Part shown: positions 17,367 through 24,621 of the stretch, piece by piece
Layout: every line of letters starts with the position of its first letter
Position numbering within the stretch: position 1 is the first letter of the stretch
Source: a virus
Lineage: Duplodnaviria > Caudoviricetes
Direction: 5' to 3' (one strand)
Virus record (IMG/VR): IMGVR_UViG_3300025150_000124
Location: 1-24,621 of that record
Length of the DNA stretch: 24,621 nucleotides
Notes under the pieces: generated by a model
Databases searched by the model: none
Told to the model about the DNA's origin: nothing
The model's input: only the letters and a program-made list of their open reading frames with translations
Program-made: the position numbers and the translations under genes

Positions 17367-18038
17367 ATGGCAAACTATAGATATCAAACAGTTATTAGCA
17401 GAAATTCTGACGAAAATATAGAGGAAGATCATTGGCTTAAACGTTTTCAAGATGAGCTTATCGGCAAAAAAGCTGTACAGCCCAAACCAATTGATAATTT
17501 TTTGTTTGATCAAATCAATTCAATCATGAATAATAAGTCTAAATATCCATCAGTAGCGGCTGCTGTAGAAGATATGAAGGAAAGAAGCGGACTTGCTGCA
17601 TTCTTGGCAAAAACTTCAAACAATGACGAAAATGATAATTCTAAAACTGCCAATGAAAAAACAGCCTCTGATAATAATGCTGTTATTAACAAAAAAGTTC
17701 CAATTGGTAAGAAATTACCAATGGTCATTATAAAGTGCCCACATATTCAAAAGACCATTGAGAATATTATTAAAAGCACAAGAGGAAATCTATCAATCCC
17801 CGCCATTATAGATAGGGCAAGATCTATCCATCAAAATGATGTATCTGATGCCAAAGATTGGGAAGCTGATGATTTATTATATTTTATTAGTGGAGAAAAT
17901 CTTAAAGCTAAGCAAGAACACCCAGACATCTCTAATCAGTCATCAAATTTAGGTCGCAGAAATGATTCTAATCAAGATGAGGATTTAGCCGCTGATAATA
18001 ATGATGCTTTCAGCGCGCTGATGCCAGCCAAGTATTAA
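17367..18038 (+). CDS. Hypothetical protein (223 aa)
   Basis: Starts 2 nt after the previous stop; lies directly upstream of the terminase. Confidence 0.8.
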   Translation: MANYRYQTVISRNSDENIEEDHWLKRFQDELIGKKAVQPKPIDNFLFDQINSIMNNKSKYPSVAAAVEDMKERSGLAAFLAKTSNNDENDNSKTANEKTASDNNAVINKKVPIGKKLPMVIIKCPHIQKTIENIIKSTRGNLSIPAIIDRARSIHQNDVSDAKDWEADDLLYFISGENLKAKQEHPDISNQSSNLGRRNDSNQDEDLAADNNDAFSALMPAKY

Positions 18039-18049
18039 AAGTAGGGTAA

Positions 18050-19933
18050 GTGCAAAATCAAAGTCAGTCTACGAAAGAGCTATTCAATAAACTTAAGGAT
18101 CAGCTAACAATAATAGATCCGGTTAATTTTGTCGAGAAGTATCTTACTTTGGACGGCAACCCTTTTAGGCTGCATGGCAATGGATATAAACCATTTGCAG
18201 ACATATATAGGTATATAGGGATTAAAGCGTTAGAGCCAAATTCTTTACCAGTAATTTTAGTAAAGGGACGCCAAGTTGGCGGAACAACTATGGCTGGTGC
18301 CCTTGAAATGTATTTTATGGGCTCTGGTTTATTTGGAGTTGGTGATAAGCCTCCAATAAGAATTATTCATGCATTTCCACTATTAGAACTAGCCGCCGCC
18401 TATTCTAAGACCAAATTAAATCAGATGATTTCATCATCGTTAATTATAGAACCTGCAGACAAGAAGAGCGGTGGTAAAATAAAGTCTTATATGCAGAGCT
18501 TATTAGACCCAACAAGCCCTACTAATGACTCATTACATTTCAAGCAATTCATTGGTGGAAACCATCTTTGGATTGAATCTACAGGTATTGATGCAGACAG
18601 GCTAATGGGTCGTACTGCGGACATTATCTTTTTTGATGAGGTTCAGAGGACTTCTGGTTTAGCAATGGGAAATGCTCTTAAGATTTTAACCACGGCTAAG
18701 TATGGAAAGCCTAGCAAGGGAGTTCAAGTATATTTTGGTACACCACGTCGTAAAGGATCAGATTTTCATAAGATGTGGATGTCATCGTCTCAACAATATT
18801 ATTATCTAGGGTGTGAGCAATGTAAGAAACATTTCCCATTGTATACACCGGGCAGTGATGATTGGGAATCAATTTGGATTTATGGATTTATAGTAAAATG
18901 TCCTCATTGTGGGTTTGAGCAAGATAAAAGACAGGCGGCAGAGCGCGGCAAATGGGTCGCTCTTAAGAACCATAATGACGAAGATTGTAAAATGATTGGG
19001 TTTCATATTAACCAATTATACATGCCTACATTTAAGCGTGAAGACATAGAGAATGAAAAGCCTGGCAAACACCCAATTAATACAGAAAGAATCTTTCATA
19101 CAGAAGTTTTAGGAGAGTTTTTTCAAGGCGATACAAGCCCAATTACTCCAGAAGAAATTGCAGAGTATTGTGGTGATGCCGGAAGAAAATTCAAAGCAAG
19201 AATAAGTCCCGGAGAAGAACAAATAGTTGTATTGGGGCTTGACTATGGTTTGCGTGCCGATATTGAGCAACTAGCAAATCCTGAAAAAGCTAAAATTGCA
19301 GGACAATCTTATAGCACAGCCGTTGTATTAGTTGCGAAAGGTCCGGGTTTACTTTCTATAGAGTTTGCAACTAAGTTTAAACGAAATGATCTTGAGAGCA
19401 AAAAGGGCATCATAGATCAGATTATGAGACAGTATAGTGTACAGTTAGCTGTTGGAGACATTGGGTTTTCTCAAGATTTATCTGAAACATTACATACTAT
19501 ATATGGTGACAGATATATTGTGTCGCGTGCCAGAGGTAAAGTAAACAATTATGTTCTATTTCAAAAAGACTCTTTTCCAAAAGAAATAGATTTTGAAAGA
19601 GATCATTATATTGGTGAGCTGTATGGACAAATGAAAAAAGGACAAATTAGATTTCCATACGGTGATTTTGAAAAGATTGCTTGGTTAATAGATCATTGTT
19701 CTAGTATGGAAATAAAACCATCTATTTCAAAAACTGGAGCGGATCCAGTAATACATTATGTTAAGGGAAGTACTCCTAATGACGGATTTATGGCGTTATT
19801 AAACGCTTATTTAGCATATAAGTTTATGGTGACGGCAGGATTTACAAATAATAACCCATTAACTCAGCAACAGAACTTTGCTAATGGTAATAAACCTCTT
19901 GTATTAACAGGATTTGTTCCTAGAAAATTTTAA
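18050..19933 (+). CDS. terL: Terminase large subunit, lambda GpA-like
   Basis: VKGRQVGGTT (Walker A), IFFDEVQ (Walker B), FGTP (coupling motif), CEQC...CPHC Zn finger, G.W....GFHINQL, GLDYG nuclease Asp, NDGFMA. Confidence 0.92.
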   Translation: MQNQSQSTKELFNKLKDQLTIIDPVNFVEKYLTLDGNPFRLHGNGYKPFADIYRYIGIKALEPNSLPVILVKGRQVGGTTMAGALEMYFMGSGLFGVGDKPPIRIIHAFPLLELAAAYSKTKLNQMISSSLIIEPADKKSGGKIKSYMQSLLDPTSPTNDSLHFKQFIGGNHLWIESTGIDADRLMGRTADIIFFDEVQRTSGLAMGNALKILTTAKYGKPSKGVQVYFGTPRRKGSDFHKMWMSSSQQYYYLGCEQCKKHFPLYTPGSDDWESIWIYGFIVKCPHCGFEQDKRQAAERGKWVALKNHNDEDCKMIGFHINQLYMPTFKREDIENEKPGKHPINTERIFHTEVLGEFFQGDTSPITPEEIAEYCGDAGRKFKARISPGEEQIVVLGLDYGLRADIEQLANPEKAKIAGQSYSTAVVLVAKGPGLLSIEFATKFKRNDLESKKGIIDQIMRQYSVQLAVGDIGFSQDLSETLHTIYGDRYIVSRARGKVNNYVLFQKDSFPKEIDFERDHYIGELYGQMKKGQIRFPYGDFEKIAWLIDHCSSMEIKPSISKTGADPVIHYVKGSTPNDGFMALLNAYLAYKFMVTAGFTNNNPLTQQQNFANGNKPLVLTGFVPRKF

Positions 19934-19957
19934 TTGCCTCATAAATACTTATACTAC

Positions 19958-19982
19958 TGATATATTATTTATTATGTATAGT
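19958..19982 (+). promoter_or_regulatory. Putative promoter upstream of the portal gene
   Basis: TGATATATT (extended -10 identical to 7904-7912) at 19958-19966, and TTATGTATAGT at 19972-19982, identical to 8486-8496. Confidence 0.45.
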
Positions 19983-20008
19983 AGAGGGTATAGTGGAAAT
20001 GAGGCTTT

Positions 20009-21883
20009 ATGTCTGGTTTTAAAAAATCTAAGTCTGAACAGTTTTTAGAAAAAAGAGGAGCTGTTCCACATGTTAATAGCGGGTTATCTGCATCTGGTAT
20101 TTCAAAAACAAGTACACATATGTCAGGAGGGGTTCCTCAAGTAAGTGCTTTGATGGCTAGAAATGTTTCGCAGTTTCGTAGAGACAGTCTAACAGAAGAG
20201 GTAAAACAAGGTCTATTTAAAGACGGTTCTGGACCATCTATTAATGAAGATGGAATAACAACAAACTCAGTAGTATCATCTTTAGTGGGCGTTGTTAAAC
20301 ATGCCCAAGTTGTTAGCGGTGGTGGTAGTAATTATCGAGGCGGAAGTGGTGATGTTGTTAAACAAACACCAGAGGTTTATTCTCCTTTATGGCTAAACAG
20401 CAACCTTAATCTACCAAGAGATCGCCCTACAATAAATGCGTGGTGTAGAAGTTTTTACGCTTTAAATCCATTTGTGCATAATGCTATCAATTTACATAGC
20501 ACATATCCAATCAGTAAGTTAAATATAAAATGTCCTAATAAAGATATTGAAAAATTCTTCAATGATATGATTGAAGAAATTGACCTAATGAATATCTGTG
20601 TTCAAATTGCTCAAGAATTTTGGCTATTGGGAGAGGCTTTTGTTTATGCAGAACTTGATGAAAGTAAGGGTAAGTGGAGTAGATTATTAATTCAAAATCC
20701 AGATTTTATGTTGGTAAAAAGAACAGTTGTAGCAAATGAGCCAATCATAATGTTACGACCAGATGAGAACCTTAAAAAGATCATATTTTCCAATAAGCCT
20801 TCTGATATAGAACAAAAAAAGCAATTAAATCAACATATTATTGATTCTGTAAAGCATGGAGAAAATATCCCATTAGATAACTTCCATGTTTCTCATTTAG
20901 CTAGAAGAATCAGTCCTTACGAAATAAGAGGAACCGGACTTCCAGTTTGTATTTTCAGACAACTAATGTTATTTGATAAGCTTCGTGAGTCAAAGTATGC
21001 CCAAGCGGATAACATGATTAATCCGCTAACTTTAGTTAAGATAGGGTCCGCTGATTTTAAACCAACATTTGCAGACCTAGAAGCATGGAAAAGTGTTTTT
21101 GAAGCGGCTCAATATGATAAAGATTTCAAGATATTTACACATGAAGGCGTAGCCGTCGAAAGAGTTGGCTATGGTTCTGGTATTTTTGATATTTCTGGAG
21201 ATATAACACAGATTATCAAAGAAATATATGTAGGGTTGCAGGTTCCACCAGTATTAATGGATGGCGGCGCAGACACTACATACGCGAATGGTGGCGTTGC
21301 CCTTGACGTATTAAGACAGCGCTATATGCAGTTCAGAAATATGATGGGTATGTGGTTAAAGAGAAAGATCTTTGCCCCAATATCTAAGATTCAGGGATTT
21401 TATGATTATTCCAGCGGGGAGAAGCAATTAATAGTTCCAGATATAGATTGGAACCATATGTCACTATTTGATGCTGGAGATTACATTAATAACCTTGTTA
21501 CTTTGACGCAGGGAGAGGGTCCAGCTAAGAGGGCATCTTTGCACTCATTGTATAGATCTATGGGTCTCGATTATGCCGATGAAGTAAGGAAAATGCGCAT
21601 AGAAGCAATTCAAGACGCAATTAATGCAAAAGAGAAGGCTGCCCTAACAACCATGAGTCTTAATGAATTAAGAACTCTTGATGAAGAGGATGAAATTCCT
21701 GAGCCAGAGATTCAACCAGGACAAACTGGACCTGGCGGTGAGCCTCCATTACCAGGAGAAGCCCCTCCAGGTGGATTACCAGGATTAGATATGGGTGGTG
21801 CAATGCCACCTCCACCTCCAGGTGGAATGGGTGGCGGTGGAGGAGAAGGTGGAGCACCACCACCTCCACCTCCAGGACCCTGA
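20009..21883 (+). CDS. Portal protein with ~100-aa N-terminal extension and Pro/Gly-rich C-terminal tail
   Basis: Directly follows terL. NPFVHNAI, EFWLLGEAF, H.....PY..RG, I..GL.VP..L and ...IF.PI patterns are typical of phage portals. Confidence 0.82.
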   Translation: MSGFKKSKSEQFLEKRGAVPHVNSGLSASGISKTSTHMSGGVPQVSALMARNVSQFRRDSLTEEVKQGLFKDGSGPSINEDGITTNSVVSSLVGVVKHAQVVSGGGSNYRGGSGDVVKQTPEVYSPLWLNSNLNLPRDRPTINAWCRSFYALNPFVHNAINLHSTYPISKLNIKCPNKDIEKFFNDMIEEIDLMNICVQIAQEFWLLGEAFVYAELDESKGKWSRLLIQNPDFMLVKRTVVANEPIIMLRPDENLKKIIFSNKPSDIEQKKQLNQHIIDSVKHGENIPLDNFHVSHLARRISPYEIRGTGLPVCIFRQLMLFDKLRESKYAQADNMINPLTLVKIGSADFKPTFADLEAWKSVFEAAQYDKDFKIFTHEGVAVERVGYGSGIFDISGDITQIIKEIYVGLQVPPVLMDGGADTTYANGGVALDVLRQRYMQFRNMMGMWLKRKIFAPISKIQGFYDYSSGEKQLIVPDIDWNHMSLFDAGDYINNLVTLTQGEGPAKRASLHSLYRSMGLDYADEVRKMRIEAIQDAINAKEKAALTTMSLNELRTLDEEDEIPEPEIQPGQTGPGGEPPLPGEAPPGGLPGLDMGGAMPPPPPGGMGGGGGEGGAPPPPPPGP

Positions 21884-21964
21884 TGGCAATAAAATAAGCC
21901 AACTTTACATTCTTTATGGATAATCTTGTATTATTTACGATTGGACATAAATAAGGGTATCTCT

Positions 21965-23296
21965 ATGCAAAAAATAGCACAAACAAGAAACATTTGGAAT
22001 AGAATGCGCGAGGGTATTGGTTGGGATAGTAAAGAATATGCTGAAGCCAATCAAAAAATGCGAGACACTGACGATCATGTTCGTGCAATTATCTCTGGTA
22101 CAGTTGTTGAAAATTTTCAACCACTTACTAATAGAAGCATGAAAGACATATTAAAATCTGCGAGATCTAATCTTAATAGAAGAGAATATGCTAAAAGTGT
22201 TGGTGATTTATCCTTATTTCACAGATGTATAGTGGATTCTTTAGATATACTTAAAGAATTTGATGATAATTTATCAAAAGAACATAGCAATTTCTTATTA
22301 CAATCTGTTACTCCCGGTTCTGACAATTACGATCCTGAGTATGCTCAATATCTAGAAGATTTAAGAAAGCGTTTCAGTCCTAAACCTTCAGGCAAAACTG
22401 CCTATTATTCTAGCGATCTTGTGAAAGAGGCTGGTATTACTGATTTTATGTCAAGATTCAGTGATAGGGGTAGAGAGTTGGCTGCTTGGGAGAAAAGATA
22501 TCCTCATAGGGCTAAATCAATAAAAATTAAGACAACAAATATGGTTGATATCTCAGAAAAGTTATTGAACCTTATATTGAAGACTTTAAAAGTAATGGCA
22601 AAGTTTAGGGATGCCAGAAAAATTGACAACTGGTATGATGAAACCAAAAAGATAATAAGGGCGGCGGAAGCATATCATAAGAGTTTTCAAGCATATTATG
22701 ATGCTGAGTTAAAACAATTGTTTGAGTCAAGAGAGTTTGTTGCAAGAGAACCAGATAAAACAGAAACAATTGAAACTGTACCTGGTGGGGAGGCTACAAA
22801 CGTAACCGATACTAATAATAAAACCCGTCCAGAGATAACGGACGCTATATTAGAAGATATACCAGTAACCACTACTTCACCTGCCACACCTTCTTCTCCA
22901 GCCAATCCAAATATAAGAGGAAGGGTTCGTCCAGTCCCAACCAAGATAGATGATTTAACAACACCAGCAGTTCCTGCCCGTGATAGATCTTATTATGATA
23001 GAATGTCGCCAGCGGTATTTCCGTCTAGTGTATTACCGTCTCAACCAATGTCAGGAGGATTTGTTGGAGCCCCTCCTAGTGAGTTTAAGTTGCCAAAACC
23101 TGAGGATAAAGAACCCAAACAGCAATCTCTTCCAGGTATTGCTCATACAAAATTCTTTTCATCACTAGAAACATTATCTAATGAACATCCGGCAGTATTA
23201 GCTAAATATATTTTGAAGTATGCGAAATCCATTCAACAATCGGATCCATTAATCTATAATAAGTTAATTGATATAGTTAAAAGCATTAAGGCATAA
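21965..23296 (+). CDS. Hypothetical protein, putative virion/inner-head protein with Pro/Thr-rich linker
   Basis: AAGGGT RBS before ATG 21965 (ORF track starts at TTG 21926); lies downstream of the portal. Confidence 0.75.
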   Translation: MQKIAQTRNIWNRMREGIGWDSKEYAEANQKMRDTDDHVRAIISGTVVENFQPLTNRSMKDILKSARSNLNRREYAKSVGDLSLFHRCIVDSLDILKEFDDNLSKEHSNFLLQSVTPGSDNYDPEYAQYLEDLRKRFSPKPSGKTAYYSSDLVKEAGITDFMSRFSDRGRELAAWEKRYPHRAKSIKIKTTNMVDISEKLLNLILKTLKVMAKFRDARKIDNWYDETKKIIRAAEAYHKSFQAYYDAELKQLFESREFVAREPDKTETIETVPGGEATNVTDTNNKTRPEITDAILEDIPVTTTSPATPSSPANPNIRGRVRPVPTKIDDLTTPAVPARDRSYYDRMSPAVFPSSVLPSQPMSGGFVGAPPSEFKLPKPEDKEPKQQSLPGIAHTKFFSSLETLSNEHPAVLAKYILKYAKSIQQSDPLIYNKLIDIVKSIKA

Positions 23297-23297
23297 A

Positions 23298-24539
23298 ATG
23301 AGTAAATTAGATCCTACATTTTATCAAAGATTCGTGGAGTTTAGCAAATCTGCTGAAGACCAAAAAGATATTAGAAATAGTAATCAAGATGCTATAAATC
23401 GTGCGAATAAATATGGGTGGAAGATTGTTGAAAAGGTTACTAATCCGCCAGACATATCGACAATACGTGCGGCTGTTAAAAATGCTGCGATACAGATGTT
23501 AGGAATTAAAGAAAATGTAGATTTAGCAGTTGATATCTTAATGGGTCAACTTGGAATGGAAACGGGCTTTAAATCGTTACACAATAATAACGTTGGTAAT
23601 TTAATGGCGGCAGGCTCTCCTAATCAATATTGGAAAGGTGATGTTATTATTTTATTAGCACACGAATATGATAAACAAAAGAAGAAATATTATCTTAATA
23701 GTTTATTTAGAGCTTATGATTCATTAAATGATGGGGTTTGTGATTGGGCGTCTTTATTAAAGAGAAAATTTCCTGCCGCTGTTGAAAGGGCTGCAGATGG
23801 TGATCTTGAAGGGTTTGTTACTGAGTTAAAAAATAATCGTTATTTTACCGCACCAGTCGAGTCTTATATGGCTGGAGTAAAAACTTGGTCCAAAAAATCT
23901 AAGACAATGCCAATTAATAATTTGGTAAAAAAAAACAATATAACTCCGACTAATGAGCACAAACCAGAAGATAATAGATTTCGTGATTTAGTTCAGAGTG
24001 TAAAATCTAAATATATGACAAATGGAGACAGTATGGATTTAACACAATATACTATGCCTCAACCTAAAGTATCCGGTCCAGTAGATTCTGCGCCAACTGC
24101 TGCCGTTAACAATATGTTAGATAATTTATTAGATCAAATTAGGGCATCTGAAAAGAATCATAGTAAGCTTTATAGAATTCTTCTTCCAGAGAATAGTCTT
24201 GTTATCAAGATATTTGCCAATGATAAAGTTGATGCAATAGAATTTGGAAGGATATTATGTTCTGCTTTAGACGAAGAATTATTGGCAAGATCTTATACGC
24301 ACACAAATAATGATGAAGTAGAGGTTGAGTGCAATATACATGGTCCACATCAATTATGTTATGATACAGTATCTCAATTAACAAAATCTGTAGCAGAAGC
24401 ATTCAAATATGCAACAACAAAAATAGGCGGAATTGATATTAATACACAGGTAGTTATTAATAAAAAGTCATCATATTCAGAAATAACTTTAAAATCAGCA
24501 CTAAGCAATTATAGAAAGTTTATGCTTAAATTTGCCTAA
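23298..24539 (+). CDS. GH73 (FlgJ/glucosaminidase-like) peptidoglycan hydrolase fused to an unknown C-terminal domain
   Basis: GQLGMETG (catalytic Glu), NNNVGNL, W.G, HEY, FRAYDSLNDG..DW..LL, RYFTAP..Y. Confidence 0.8.
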   Translation: MSKLDPTFYQRFVEFSKSAEDQKDIRNSNQDAINRANKYGWKIVEKVTNPPDISTIRAAVKNAAIQMLGIKENVDLAVDILMGQLGMETGFKSLHNNNVGNLMAAGSPNQYWKGDVIILLAHEYDKQKKKYYLNSLFRAYDSLNDGVCDWASLLKRKFPAAVERAADGDLEGFVTELKNNRYFTAPVESYMAGVKTWSKKSKTMPINNLVKKNNITPTNEHKPEDNRFRDLVQSVKSKYMTNGDSMDLTQYTMPQPKVSGPVDSAPTAAVNNMLDNLLDQIRASEKNHSKLYRILLPENSLVIKIFANDKVDAIEFGRILCSALDEELLARSYTHTNNDEVEVECNIHGPHQLCYDTVSQLTKSVAEAFKYATTKIGGIDINTQVVINKKSSYSEITLKSALSNYRKFMLKFA

Positions 24540-24551
24540 CAAGGATTTTCG

Positions 24552-24621
24552 ATGATACCACGAGAAGAGCTAACCAGTGTAGTTGCAGAATTAAATGTTG
24601 ATAGGGAAGCGACTGTTGCTG
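24552..24621 (+). CDS. Start of the next gene, truncated by the window edge
   Basis: AAGGA RBS then ATG ATA CCA CGA..., open to the end of the window. Confidence 0.6.
   Translation, partial: MIPREELTSVVAELNVDREATVA

Noticed and set aside
425-24402. Other short minus-strand and alternate-frame ORFs in the track (e.g. 1900-2298, 11703-12077, 13891-14091, 14488-14787, 21660-21902)
   Set aside because: All lie within longer + strand genes. The Gly/Ala/Val-rich ones are simply the antisense of poly-Pro codons.
1-24621. tRNA, rRNA, CRISPR array, integrase/transposase, major capsid protein
   Set aside because: Intergenic gaps are short (at most ~145 nt) with no cloverleaf or repeat-spacer pattern, and no ORF has motifs I can assign to these families.

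Overview
AT-rich (roughly one-third GC by eye), densely coding fragment of a tailed dsDNA phage, probably with a large genome. All credible genes are on the + strand and read intact in genetic code 11. The left part (~1-8390) is a recombination/replication module: UvsY-like, RecA/UvsX, a stand-alone winged-helix protein, gp32-like SSB, RuvC, HNH endonuclease, DnaJ, a Zn-ribbon protein, a DnaG core lacking its Zn domain, and a sigma-region-4-like HTH regulator. The right part (~8500-24621) looks like a head-morphogenesis/packaging module: many unknown proteins, a candidate small terminase, a divergent CCA/poly(A)-polymerase-family nucleotidyltransferase, a GpA-type large terminase, a probable portal, and a GH73 muramidase fusion. 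The most notable signals are (1) a recurring K-x-A-[Q/Y/S/G] motif at N-termini and domain boundaries across the morphogenesis proteins, a candidate maturation-protease code; (2) a nucleotidyltransferase with a rewritten base-templating motif inside that module; and (3) an HNH gene that starts with a decayed duplicate of the dnaJ 5' end. All calls come from motif recognition by eye; no searches were run.
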